From the NCBI GenBank assembly GCA_035501775.1, contig DATJVM010000046.1, positions 36,244 through 100,243 on the forward strand: a stretch of 64,000 nt of DNA, in the 5' to 3' direction. The stretch's first letter is position 1. Each line of letters starts with the position of its first letter. Source of the DNA: Gemmatimonadales bacterium. GTDB taxonomy: Bacteria; Gemmatimonadota; Gemmatimonadetes; Gemmatimonadales; GWC2-71-9. Below the pieces are notes generated by a model. It did no database searches and had not been told where the DNA came from. It saw nothing but the letters and a program-made list of their open reading frames with translations. Shown piece by piece: positions 39,697 through 49,201 of this stretch. The position numbers and the translations under genes are program-made.

Positions 39697-41739
39697 GTGC
39701 GGAGTGCGATGCCGCGACTTACCCTGGCCCTCCTCGCGGCGCTCCCCCCTGGAGCCCTGGCCGGGCAGCAGTGGAACGACTCGGCTACCGTTGCCCTGAT
39801 CCGCCGGGGAATCGCGGTGCGCCGACTGGCGGAGCCGGATTCCACCTTGCGGAGTTACCGGGCCCAGGCCCACGGCTTCGTCTTCTTCCTGGGTCAGGCC
39901 GGTCACGATCTCCTCCAGCCGCCCCGGCTCATCAAGGCCGATGAGCTTCAGGTCGACATCTACTGGCAGGCGCCCGGCGTGAGCCGTCAGGTAATCCGGG
40001 CCTGGCGCGACGGCAGGTGGCTACCCACCGACATCACCTACCACCGCGACCACCTCGGTATTGTCACCAACAACTTCGGCGATCGGATCCGGATCGGCGA
40101 GGGAGACGAAGTGAAGGACGTCGTCCACCCCCTCGCCGCGCAGGGGCTTGCCCTGTACGACTTCCGGCTCCGGGACTCCGTGCGCCTGCGGGTCCGGGAT
40201 ACCGTGCTCGAGCTGGACGAGATCGAGGTCCGCCCCCGCGATCTCAACGCTCCACGCGTCGTGGGTACCCTCTCCCTCGATCGTGCCACCGGAGACCTGG
40301 TCCGCTTCCGCTTCAGCTTCACGCCGGCTGCCTACCTCGACCCCTCGGTGGAGGACATCAGCATCGTTGTCGACAACGCCCGGGTGGAACAGCGCTGGTG
40401 GCTGCCCTGGCGCCAGGAAGTGGAGATCCGACGCCGGGTGACCTGGCTCGATTTTCCCGCCCGTTCCATCATCCGTGGCCGCTGGGAGATCGATGACTAT
40501 GATCTGAACGTCGCCATTCCGCCCGAAGTCATCGCGGGGCCGGCCATCGGCGGGCTCCAGCAACCGGTCGATACGGGGGGGAGCTGGCCCGAGCCGCTGG
40601 CGGAGGCGGTCCGCGGAGTGGCCCGTCCGGTCGAGCGGGAGGACCTCGAAGAGGTTCGTCAGGAAATCGACCGCATCGCCGAGGGTCGGCTCTCCGCCCT
40701 CCCGGGCGCCCGCCTCGGTTTCTCCTCGATCAGCGATATCGCGCATGTCAACCGGGTCCAGGGGCTCGCCCTCGGGGCGGGGCTCGCCCTCCGGGTGCTG
40801 CCGCACGTCGTTCTGCGACCCCGGGCGGCATTCGGCACCTCGGATTCGCGGCTGCTGGGCGATCTTCGCCTGAGCTGGGAGAGGCCACAGGGCACCGTCA
40901 CCCTGGGCGCCGGTCGCCGGCTCGCCGACCTCGGCGACACGCCGATCATCTCGGGCCTCACCAACTCGCTGCTCTCGCAGGAGGGAGGGCGGGACTACGG
41001 GGACTACGTCCTTCTCGATCAGGCCAGGCTGACCGTGGAGCAGCAGGTGGGCTCGGGCGCCAGCGTGACGGCAGAAGGTGGCGTCGACCGCTCCCGATCG
41101 GTCTCGACCGAGGCCACGCCCGCCAGTGGGCACTACGCTCCCAACCCGGCCCTGGGTGCGGGAACGATCGGCATGGGGCGGCTCGGCTTCGACTTCGAAT
41201 CGGCTTCGCTCGACCGTACGGCGGGGGTGGTTGCCCAGGCGAATCTGGAAGGCGGGGCGGGCGACCACCGCTATCTCAGGGCGACGCTCAATCTGGAGGT
41301 CAGGGCACGGGCCGGGATTGGTGGGCTCCAGCTGCGGGCACAGGCCGGTGCGGGCACCGACGATCTCCCCGCCTATCGAAGCTTCGCGATCGGAGGGTGG
41401 GGCACCCTGCCCGGCGAACCGTTTCGGGCCTGGGGGGGCAGGCAGATGGTGCTGGGTGAGCTGGAATACCGCCTTGACGTGCCCTTTCCCGAGATTCCTC
41501 TCGGCCCATTCGTTTCGACCGGGCCGCGGATGACCCTCGCGCCCTTCCTGGCCGCGGGCTGGACCAGAGGCGGGTTGAGCGGGGTGCCCTGGGTGCCAAG
41601 CGGCACCGTCCGTCCGGTTGCGGGTCTGGGGCTCGAGTGGTTTCACCACCTGATCCGGGCTCGGGCGGGAGTGTCCCTCCGGACCGGCACGCTGGGGATC
41701 ACCCTGGACCTGAACCGGGAGTGGTGGGGAATCCTGTAG
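39697..41739 (+). CDS. Hypothetical secreted protein with Omp85/BamA-like C-terminal beta-barrel character
   Basis: Signal MPRLTLALLAALPPGALAG. The C-terminal third is rich in alternating G/aromatic beta-strand patterns (LGELEYRLDVPFP..., GLGLEWFHHLIRARAGVSL). The family call is weak. Confidence 0.45.
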   Translation: MRSAMPRLTLALLAALPPGALAGQQWNDSATVALIRRGIAVRRLAEPDSTLRSYRAQAHGFVFFLGQAGHDLLQPPRLIKADELQVDIYWQAPGVSRQVIRAWRDGRWLPTDITYHRDHLGIVTNNFGDRIRIGEGDEVKDVVHPLAAQGLALYDFRLRDSVRLRVRDTVLELDEIEVRPRDLNAPRVVGTLSLDRATGDLVRFRFSFTPAAYLDPSVEDISIVVDNARVEQRWWLPWRQEVEIRRRVTWLDFPARSIIRGRWEIDDYDLNVAIPPEVIAGPAIGGLQQPVDTGGSWPEPLAEAVRGVARPVEREDLEEVRQEIDRIAEGRLSALPGARLGFSSISDIAHVNRVQGLALGAGLALRVLPHVVLRPRAAFGTSDSRLLGDLRLSWERPQGTVTLGAGRRLADLGDTPIISGLTNSLLSQEGGRDYGDYVLLDQARLTVEQQVGSGASVTAEGGVDRSRSVSTEATPASGHYAPNPALGAGTIGMGRLGFDFESASLDRTAGVVAQANLEGGAGDHRYLRATLNLEVRARAGIGGLQLRAQAGAGTDDLPAYRSFAIGGWGTLPGEPFRAWGGRQMVLGELEYRLDVPFPEIPLGPFVSTGPRMTLAPFLAAGWTRGGLSGVPWVPSGTVRPVAGLGLEWFHHLIRARAGVSLRTGTLGITLDLNREWWGIL

Positions 41740-41838
41740 CAGGATGCCCTTGGCCCCGACCGCCGCGCGGGGCTAGGTTTCAAAGTTCGGACAGCAACCA
41801 CTTTCGTCGTCTTATCAGGTTCTCAGGCAATCGCTTGC

Positions 41839-44148
41839 ATGCAGTTCACGGATGAGTGGCTGATCCCTACGATTGAGAAGGTCGTGGCCCCTGAGGCGGT
41901 GGAAACGCTGCGTCAGGAGCCAGCGGCGGAGCCGCAGTCGCTATGGCTTATGGTGGTGGCCCGGAAGCTTGCCAGCGATGAAGAGATCCTCAAGGCCGCG
42001 GCGGCGCGGTTCCGGCTCCCCGTGGCGGATCTCGGGCAACTCGACCGGGCGGTTCGGGACGCGGTTCCCGAGCCGTTGATCCGGCGCTTCAACATCCTCC
42101 CCATCCGGATCACCGATTCGGTGCTGGAAATCGCGACGGCCAATCCCTTCGATATCGACGCGGAGAAGGACCTCGCGTTCGCCACCGGGCGCGAGGTACG
42201 GACCTATCTCTCCTCGCCCAGCCGCATCAAGGAAAAGATGGAGGAGATCTACCGTGGCGGCGGGGGGGGTGGGACGGACGTGATGGCCCAGCTGCTGGGC
42301 GGCATGGACGAGAACCTCCAGGTCACCCAGATCGAGGATGACGACACCGTCACCGATCTCGCGGCCTCGGCCGAAGAGGCCAGCCAGCGGCCAGTGGTGC
42401 GCCTGGTTGATCTCATGTTGTCCGACGGCATCCTCTCCCGGGCCAGCGACATCCACATCGAGCCGGGAGAGGCCGGGGTCGCGGTCCGCTACCGGATCGA
42501 CGGCGTGCTGCGCCAGGTGATGAATATCCCGCGCACCGCGGGGGCACCGCTCATCTCGCGCATCAAGATCATGTCGGGCCTCGATATCGCCGACCGGCTG
42601 CGGCCCCAGGACGGCCGGGCCCGGGTGGCGGTGAACGGCGCGCCAGTGGACCTGCGGGTTTCGACCCTGCCCGCCTCCCACGGCGAGAAGGTCGTCATCC
42701 GCATCCTGAACGCCAAGGCGACGGTGCTCACGCTCGAGTCGCTCGGGATGTCGGTGGACGAGCGGGCATCGATGCAGGCCCTGCTCAACCACAAGGAAGG
42801 GATCATCCTGGTCACCGGGCCGACCGGCTCCGGCAAGACCACCACGCTGTACTCCATGCTGCGCATGGTGCAGGACGAAGGCGTCAACATCGTGACGGTC
42901 GAGGACCCGGTCGAGTATCGGCTGGGGAAGGGCATCGTGCAGGTCCAGGTGCACGAAAAGGCGGGTCTCACCTTCGCCGCGGCTTTGCGCTCCATCCTCC
43001 GGCAGGACCCTGACGTGGTGCTGCTGGGCGAGATTCGTGATAAGGAGACCGCGCAGATCGCTGTGCAGGCCTCGCTGACGGGTCACCTGGTGCTCTCCAC
43101 GCTCCACACCAACGATGCCTCGAACGCCGTGACGCGGCTGGTGGACATGGGGATCGAGGCCTACAAGCTGGCGTCCGCCTTGCGCGGGGTGATCGCCCAG
43201 CGCCTGATGCGGAAGCTCTGCACCACCTGTCGCGTGGTCAACGATCAGCCGCTTCCCGAGCGGATCCGCCGCTATATCCCCGACGGGGTCGAAGTCTATC
43301 GCCCACTGGGCTGTCCTGACTGTTCGATGACGGGCTATCGCGGTCGCTTCAGCGTCGTCGAGGTGCTGACGATGAACGTGGAGCTGGAGCGGCTCATCGG
43401 TGGCGGGGCCACGGCGGAAAAGATCGCGGAAGGGGCCCGCGCCAACGGCATGCTCTCGCTCTTCGAGAGCGGACTCAAGCACGTCCTTGCCGGGGAGAGC
43501 AGCGTGGATGAGCTGCTCCGGGTGGTCGATGTGCCTCTGGCCGACAGCGCCACCGCATCCCGGCTTGGGGGCGGCGCGCCCGCGGCACCGAAGGCCCCGG
43601 AAGCCGCACCGACGCGACGGACTCCTCCTTCCTCTTCGCCGCCGGCGCAGCCGGTGGAGGTGGTGCCCTTCGCGGCCACGACGCAGGTCGCGGACTTGAG
43701 CTCTGCGTTCGAGCTGCTCGAGGAGGAAGAGGAGGACGCCGATCTTGCGGCCACGCGGCGGCCCGCGCTCCCCAAGGGCGCGACGGTCCTCCTGGTTGAC
43801 GACGAAGACTCCCTTCGGCGGGTCATGCGGGATCTGCTCCTGCGCGACGGGTTCGACGTGGTCGAGGCGCGGACTGGTGCGGAGGCCCTCGACCAGGTGG
43901 ACCGGCACGCGCCGGACATCGTCGTGCTCGATCTCAATCTCCCGGGGATGGACGGATACTCGGTGCTCTCCGAGCTCCGGACCCGACCGGCGACTCAGCG
44001 GATTCCGGTCATCGTCCTGACCGCCAAGGGAGACGAGGACAACGAGGTCCGGGTCTTCGAGCTCGGGGCAGACGACTTTCTCAGCAAACCCTTCCGGGCC
44101 AAGGCGCTCTCGAAGCGGCTCGAAGTTGTTCTCGCCCGGCGCAAGTAA
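41839..44148 (+). CDS. GspE/PilB-family secretion ATPase fused to a C-terminal response-regulator receiver domain
   Basis: T2SSE N-domain (aa about 20-130), Walker A GPTGSGKTTT, Walker B VVLLGEIRD, and tetracysteine CTTC...CPDC. An Ala/Pro/Glu-rich linker leads to REC (VLLVDDEDSL...VVLDLNLPGMDG...LTAKG...DFLSKPF). Confidence 0.85.
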   Translation: MQFTDEWLIPTIEKVVAPEAVETLRQEPAAEPQSLWLMVVARKLASDEEILKAAAARFRLPVADLGQLDRAVRDAVPEPLIRRFNILPIRITDSVLEIATANPFDIDAEKDLAFATGREVRTYLSSPSRIKEKMEEIYRGGGGGGTDVMAQLLGGMDENLQVTQIEDDDTVTDLAASAEEASQRPVVRLVDLMLSDGILSRASDIHIEPGEAGVAVRYRIDGVLRQVMNIPRTAGAPLISRIKIMSGLDIADRLRPQDGRARVAVNGAPVDLRVSTLPASHGEKVVIRILNAKATVLTLESLGMSVDERASMQALLNHKEGIILVTGPTGSGKTTTLYSMLRMVQDEGVNIVTVEDPVEYRLGKGIVQVQVHEKAGLTFAAALRSILRQDPDVVLLGEIRDKETAQIAVQASLTGHLVLSTLHTNDASNAVTRLVDMGIEAYKLASALRGVIAQRLMRKLCTTCRVVNDQPLPERIRRYIPDGVEVYRPLGCPDCSMTGYRGRFSVVEVLTMNVELERLIGGGATAEKIAEGARANGMLSLFESGLKHVLAGESSVDELLRVVDVPLADSATASRLGGGAPAAPKAPEAAPTRRTPPSSSPPAQPVEVVPFAATTQVADLSSAFELLEEEEEDADLAATRRPALPKGATVLLVDDEDSLRRVMRDLLLRDGFDVVEARTGAEALDQVDRHAPDIVVLDLNLPGMDGYSVLSELRTRPATQRIPVIVLTAKGDEDNEVRVFELGADDFLSKPFRAKALSKRLEVVLARRK

Positions 44149-44163
44149 GCGCGCCGCCCTGCC

Positions 44164-45249
44164 ATGTTACCCGATTCCGCGCCCGCGCTGGGTCTGGTCA
44201 AGCCGTCGGTTCGTGCCGCGCCGGCCTACGGCCTCGAAGCCCCGACTACGGCCCTCAAGCTCAATCAGAACGAGGCACCGGAAGACGTTCCCGAGGATAT
44301 TCGCCGGGAGATCGTCTCCCGCGCCCTCCTCGAGCCCTGGCACCGCTACCCCGCGTTTGTCCCCGCCAGGCTCACCGCTCGTCTGGCGGCCCGGCACCAA
44401 TGGGAGCCCGACGGCGTGCTGGTTGGCAATGGATCGAACGAGATCATTCAGGCGGCACTCGCGGTGCATGTCGGCGCCGGGGACGTGGTCGTGGCTCCCG
44501 AGCCGACCTTCGCGCTCTACCGCCTGCTCACCGCGGTGGGCGGGGGCCGCTACGTCCCGGTGGCGCTCGGGCGTGATTTCGCCTACGATGTCGGCGCGCT
44601 GATCGCTGCCGCCCGCCGCGAGCGGGCCAGGGTCGTGGTGCTCAACTCACCCAACAATCCGACCGGCTCCGCCCTGCCGGAGGGCGCGCTGCGCCGCATC
44701 CTCGATGAGACGGAGGCCCTCGTGCTGTGCGACGAGGCCTATCAGGACTTTGGCGGCCCCAGCGCGGTGAGCCTGTTGCGGCAGTCGGCCCGCCTCGTCG
44801 TGCTGAGGACCTTCTCTAAGGCCATGGGGATGGCCGGCCTTCGGTTCGGGTATGGCCTGGCTCACCCGGACCTGGCCCGGGAGATCGGCAAGGCCAAATT
44901 GCCGTACAACGTGAACGCGATCACGCTGGTGGCGGCCGACGTTGCCCTGGACCATCAGGCGCGCTTCGACGAGCGCACCCGGGCCGTCATCGCGGAGCGG
45001 GAGCGGTTTCTTCCGCTGCTCCGGGCCGTATCGGGGATCCAGGTCTTCCCGAGCGCGGCGAACTTCGTGCTGATTCGGGTCGAGGCCAAGCCGGCCCGGG
45101 TGGTCTTCCGCCGTCTGATCGATGATCATGGCATCCTGGTGCGCGACGTGTCGGCGGGCCCGGGCCTGGCGGAGTGCCTCCGAATCTCGATCGGGACGCG
45201 CGCCCAGATGGACGCGGTCCTGGCGGCGCTGGACCACACTCTCCGATAG
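44164..45249 (+). CDS. hisC: Histidinol-phosphate aminotransferase
   Basis: Class II aminotransferase with the PLP-Lys context RTFSKAMGMAGLRFGY. Leads the his operon. Confidence 0.9.
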   Translation: MLPDSAPALGLVKPSVRAAPAYGLEAPTTALKLNQNEAPEDVPEDIRREIVSRALLEPWHRYPAFVPARLTARLAARHQWEPDGVLVGNGSNEIIQAALAVHVGAGDVVVAPEPTFALYRLLTAVGGGRYVPVALGRDFAYDVGALIAAARRERARVVVLNSPNNPTGSALPEGALRRILDETEALVLCDEAYQDFGGPSAVSLLRQSARLVVLRTFSKAMGMAGLRFGYGLAHPDLAREIGKAKLPYNVNAITLVAADVALDHQARFDERTRAVIAERERFLPLLRAVSGIQVFPSAANFVLIRVEAKPARVVFRRLIDDHGILVRDVSAGPGLAECLRISIGTRAQMDAVLAALDHTLR

Positions 45250-45261
45250 GCGGGCCCCGGT

Positions 45262-45849
45262 ATGCGCACCGCCGAACAGAGCCGCAAGACCCGCGAGACC
45301 CAGATCCGCGTCCGCTTGAACCTGGACGGGAGCGGCCGAGCCCAGGTGAAGACTGGCATCGGATTCTTCGACCACATGCTCGAGGCGCTGGCGCGACATG
45401 GACTCCTGGATCTGCAGGTGGAGTGCGTGGGGGATCTGCAGGTAGACGGGCACCACACCGTGGAGGATGTCGGCATCGTGCTGGGGCAGGCGCTGGCGCA
45501 GGCCCTCGGGGACCGGGCCGGGATCCGCCGCTATGCCGACGCGGCCGTGCCCCTCGATGAGTCGCTCGTCCGCGTGGCGATGGATATCTCGGGACGGCCC
45601 TTCCTCGCCTATCACGTTGAGATCGCCAAGTGGCAGATGCTGGGAGACTACGACGTATTCCTCACGCCCGAGTTCTTCCGGGCCCTGGTCCACAATGCGG
45701 GACTCACCGTGCACATGGACCTGGTGCGCGGTGACAACCCCCACCACATCGTCGAGGCGGCATTCAAGGCCTTTGCCCGGGCGCTCTACGAGGCCGCTGG
45801 CCTCGATCCGAGGGTGTCCGGCATACCCTCGACCAAGGGAGCGCTGTGA
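45262..45849 (+). CDS. hisB: Imidazoleglycerol-phosphate dehydratase
   Basis: [16 protein letters not shown], and the HH/DxHH metal motifs ([29 protein letters not shown]). Confidence 0.95.
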   Translation: MRTAEQSRKTRETQIRVRLNLDGSGRAQVKTGIGFFDHMLEALARHGLLDLQVECVGDLQVDGHHTVEDVGIVLGQALAQALGDRAGIRRYADAAVPLDESLVRVAMDISGRPFLAYHVEIAKWQMLGDYDVFLTPEFFRALVHNAGLTVHMDLVRGDNPHHIVEAAFKAFARALYEAAGLDPRVSGIPSTKGAL

Positions 45850-46466
45850 TCGTTGTGGTGGACTACGGGGTGAACAATCTCAAGAGCGTGGTCCGTGCCC
45901 TTGGGGCCGGCGGCCACACCGCCACGCTGACCGCCGATCCCGCGCTGGTCCGCCGGGCCGAGCACCTGCTGGTGCCGGGCGTCGGCAACTTCGGGCAGGC
46001 CGCGAAGAACCTCGGCGCCACCGGTCTGGGCGACGCCATCCGCGACGTGGCGCGGACCGGCCGCCCGGTGATGGGCATCTGTCTGGGCATGCAGCTCTTC
46101 TTCGAGCGGAGCGAGGAGGCGCCGGAGGCCCGGGGTCTCGGCCTCCTCGACGGAGTGGTTGAGCGGTTCCGAACCACTCTGCCGGTGCCTCATGTCGGGT
46201 GGGCCGGAGTGACCCTCACCTCGGCCGGCGCGGCGCACCCGGTGCTGGGCACGCTCTTTCACGGTGAGACGCAGTTCTTCTACCACGTGCACAGCTATCA
46301 CCCGGCGGGGTTGGGTCCGGACGCGGTCCTGGGCACGGCGGAGTACGACGGGACCTTCCCGACGATCGTAGGCTCGCGCAACGTGATCGGGACCCAGTTT
46401 CATCCCGAGAAGTCGCAGCGGGCCGGGATCGAGCTGCTCTCTGGCTTCGTCGCGTGGACCCCATGA
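45846..46466 (+). CDS. hisH: Imidazole glycerol phosphate synthase, glutaminase subunit
   Basis: [12 protein letters not shown], catalytic GICLGMQ, and FHPEKS. The GTG start overlaps the hisB stop. Confidence 0.95.
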   Translation: MIVVVDYGVNNLKSVVRALGAGGHTATLTADPALVRRAEHLLVPGVGNFGQAAKNLGATGLGDAIRDVARTGRPVMGICLGMQLFFERSEEAPEARGLGLLDGVVERFRTTLPVPHVGWAGVTLTSAGAAHPVLGTLFHGETQFFYHVHSYHPAGLGPDAVLGTAEYDGTFPTIVGSRNVIGTQFHPEKSQRAGIELLSGFVAWTP

Positions 46467-46963
46467 CCTCGGTCCGGGTAGCCTTCGTGGATGTGTACGT
46501 GCTCCGCCGCGGGGCCCAGGGGCTCGAAGTCCTCACGCTGAGGCGTGCCCGGGGCGGGCGCTGCCCGGGGGCCTGGGAGGTCGTGCACGGAAGCATCGAG
46601 GCCGGAGAATCCCCGCTCGATGCCGCCCTGCGGGAACTCCGGGAGGAGACCGGGCTTGCGCCGGGTCGCTTCTACAATCTCAGTCGAATAGAACTGTTCT
46701 TCCGGCACGCGGCCGACGAGATCGGCCTGATCCCGGTCTTCGCCGCGATCGTGCCGGCTCGGGAGCCGCGGCTCTCGATCGAGCACGATCAGGCTGAATG
46801 GCTTCCGCTCAAGGCCGCACAGGCCCGGCTGTCCTGGCCGCGTGAACGACGGGCCCTCGAAGATATCGAGATCCTGCTGTCCACCGGCGATGCCGGCCCG
46901 CTGGAGGATGTGCTGCGGGTGCGAACTCCGGCGGGCGCGGGAGCGTCCGACGGGGATGCCTGA
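46463..46963 (+). CDS. NUDIX hydrolase
   Basis: Nudix box [26 protein letters not shown] at 46463 overlaps the hisH TGA (ATGA). Confidence 0.8.
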   Translation: MTSVRVAFVDVYVLRRGAQGLEVLTLRRARGGRCPGAWEVVHGSIEAGESPLDAALRELREETGLAPGRFYNLSRIELFFRHAADEIGLIPVFAAIVPAREPRLSIEHDQAEWLPLKAAQARLSWPRERRALEDIEILLSTGDAGPLEDVLRVRTPAGAGASDGDA

Positions 46964-46997
46964 CGCACCCACCACGGCCCGGCCGCCCGAGACGTCC

Positions 46998-47765
46998 ATG
47001 CTTGCCCGCCGCATCATCCCCTGTCTCGACGTCGCCAATGGGCGCGTGGTCAAGGGTGTGCATTTTCAGTCGCTCCGAGACGCCGGTGACCCCGTCGAGC
47101 AGGCCGCCCGCTACGACGCCGAGGGCGCCGACGAGTTGGTCTTCCTCGACATCTCGGCGAGTCACGAGGCGCGTGAGACCACGCTCGAGATGGTCTCCCG
47201 GGTTGCCGACACGATCTTCATTCCGTTCACGGTCGGCGGCGGCATCCGGTCCGTGGAGGATGCCGGCCGGGCCCTGCGTGCCGGGGCTGACAAGGTGGCG
47301 GTGAACACGGCGGCCGTGCGCGACCCTGGTCTCGTCAGCCGTCTCTCCGAGAGCTTCGGGGCGCAGTGTGTCGTCGCGGCGGTGGATGTGCGCCGTGCCC
47401 CCGCGACGGGATCAGGGGCTAAGTGGTCGGTGTACGTGAATGGGGGGCGGGAGGCCACGCCGCTGGACGGCCTCGACTGGATCGCCAAGCTGGAAGCACT
47501 CGGCGCCGGGGAGATCCTGCTCACCAGCATGGACCGGGATGGAACGCAACTCGGGTACGACCTCGAGCTTCTTCGCGGCGCGGCCGCTCGCGTCTCGATC
47601 CCTGTCATCGCTTCGGGCGGCGCGGGCACGTTGGAGCATCTCGCCGAGGCCCTCGACGCCGGCGCCCACGGCGTCCTTGCGGCGTCCATCTTCCACTATC
47701 AGGGCCGCTCGCTCCCGGAGGCACGGGCCTTCCTGCGAGCGCGCGGCCACCCGGTGAGGCCATGA
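46998..47765 (+). CDS. hisF: Imidazole glycerol phosphate synthase, cyclase subunit
   Basis: ORF 46842..47765. ATG at 46998 gives [21 protein letters not shown]. An alternative ATG at 46956 overlaps the NUDIX stop. Confidence 0.93.
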   Translation: MLARRIIPCLDVANGRVVKGVHFQSLRDAGDPVEQAARYDAEGADELVFLDISASHEARETTLEMVSRVADTIFIPFTVGGGIRSVEDAGRALRAGADKVAVNTAAVRDPGLVSRLSESFGAQCVVAAVDVRRAPATGSGAKWSVYVNGGREATPLDGLDWIAKLEALGAGEILLTSMDRDGTQLGYDLELLRGAAARVSIPVIASGGAGTLEHLAEALDAGAHGVLAASIFHYQGRSLPEARAFLRARGHPVRP

Positions 47766-49198
47766 GACTCTCGTCCACGGCGCTTCTCTTGCCCCTCCTC
47801 GGCGCGACGTCAGCGCCGGCGCGGACCATGGGCTCGTGCGTGCGCCTGGACAAGGCGGGCACCCAGGTGCGTGGCGACGTCAAGATCTGCCCTGGCCGCT
47901 ACCGCATCCCGGATCGTGGTGAGACGGGGGTCATCGTGATCATCGCCTCGGATACCCGGGTCGATCTGACGGGCGTGACCCTGGAGAGCCCGGACTCGGT
48001 CCCCGCGCTCTTCACCGGCATCGGCATCGCCAGTCGCGGAGTCGACAGCGTCGTGATACGGGGCGGAACCGTCCGCGGCTTTCGCTATGGCATCCTGCTG
48101 GAGGGCGGCCGAGGGCACCGGGTGAGCGGGGTCGACCTCTCGAGTTCCAGGGCGCAGGTCCTGCGATCGACCGAGACGACCTTCGACGAGGCGGACTGGC
48201 TCGACATCTTCCATCCCGACACATTCGAGACCTACGGCGCCGGCATCTATCTCAGGCATACACAGGGCGCGTCCATCACCGGAATCATCGCACGGGGGAG
48301 CCAGAACGGGATCGGCCTGTTCGAGAGCAGGGATGCCTGGATCGCCGACAACGATGTGTCAGGCAATTCCGGCTGGGGCATCCACCTCTGGAAATCGAGC
48401 GGCAACACGATCATCCGCAACAAGGCGGATCACAACGTGCGGTGCGAGAGTCCAGCCTATCGCCGTGGATGCGACAGCGCGGCCCTGTTGCTGCGCGAGG
48501 CCAGCGATTCCAACCTCGTCGCCGACAACGACCTCAGCTCTTCTGGAGACGGATTCTTTCTCAGTGGCCAGCGCGGGGAGGTCGCCCCATCGGTGGGAAA
48601 CATCGTGGTGCGAAACGACGCCTCCCACGCCTGGCATAATGGGTTCGAGTCCACCTTCAGCTCCTGGAACAGCTTCCTCGAGAATCGCGCCGACAGCGCC
48701 GATTACGGCTTCTGGCTGGGCTACTCCCGGGGCAACCTGGTGCGGGGCAACGTGGTGTTCGGCAGCCGGACCGCCGCGATCGCCATCGAGCACGGCTCCG
48801 AGAATGACTTGAGCGAGAACACGATCGTGGGCGGGCCCACCGGCATCCTCCTTTTCACACGTGCCCCCGGCGACGATCCCAGCACCGTCTACCGGATCAG
48901 CGACAACACCTTCGCCAAGGTGGGGCAGGGCGTCGTGCTCCGGCACACCACTCATGCCCGGATCAGCGGGAACCGCTTCGACGGCGTGGTGGACGGTCTG
49001 GTGGTGGACAGCGCGGGCGCAGACGCCGCCGTGACGGGCAACGTCTTCCTCTCGGCGAGCCGCTGGTTCATCGACGCGGTTCGGCTGGAGGCCGGTGACA
49101 ATTACTGGGGAGTGAAGGATCTCGATGCTGCGCGGGGCAAGGTCCGGGGCGAGGTGGAGCTCAAGCCCTTCCTGCCCGCCGAGGCGGCCGGGTTCTGA
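47762..49198 (+). CDS. Secreted right-handed parallel beta-helix repeat (PbH1/NosD-like) protein
   Basis: ORF 47423..49198. ATG at 47762 (signal [20 protein letters not shown]) overlaps the hisF stop. Has repeated N/G-rich units ([15 protein letters not shown], ...N.I..N). Confidence 0.7.
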   Translation: MRLSSTALLLPLLGATSAPARTMGSCVRLDKAGTQVRGDVKICPGRYRIPDRGETGVIVIIASDTRVDLTGVTLESPDSVPALFTGIGIASRGVDSVVIRGGTVRGFRYGILLEGGRGHRVSGVDLSSSRAQVLRSTETTFDEADWLDIFHPDTFETYGAGIYLRHTQGASITGIIARGSQNGIGLFESRDAWIADNDVSGNSGWGIHLWKSSGNTIIRNKADHNVRCESPAYRRGCDSAALLLREASDSNLVADNDLSSSGDGFFLSGQRGEVAPSVGNIVVRNDASHAWHNGFESTFSSWNSFLENRADSADYGFWLGYSRGNLVRGNVVFGSRTAAIAIEHGSENDLSENTIVGGPTGILLFTRAPGDDPSTVYRISDNTFAKVGQGVVLRHTTHARISGNRFDGVVDGLVVDSAGADAAVTGNVFLSASRWFIDAVRLEAGDNYWGVKDLDAARGKVRGEVELKPFLPAEAAGF

Positions 49199-49201
49199 TC
49201 G

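Noticed and set aside
46842-46997. N-terminal extension of hisF (start 46842) overlapping the NUDIX gene.
   Set aside because: The extension is out-of-frame NUDIX sequence rich in Cys, Arg and Pro. The conserved HisF N-terminus [12 protein letters not shown] begins at 46998.
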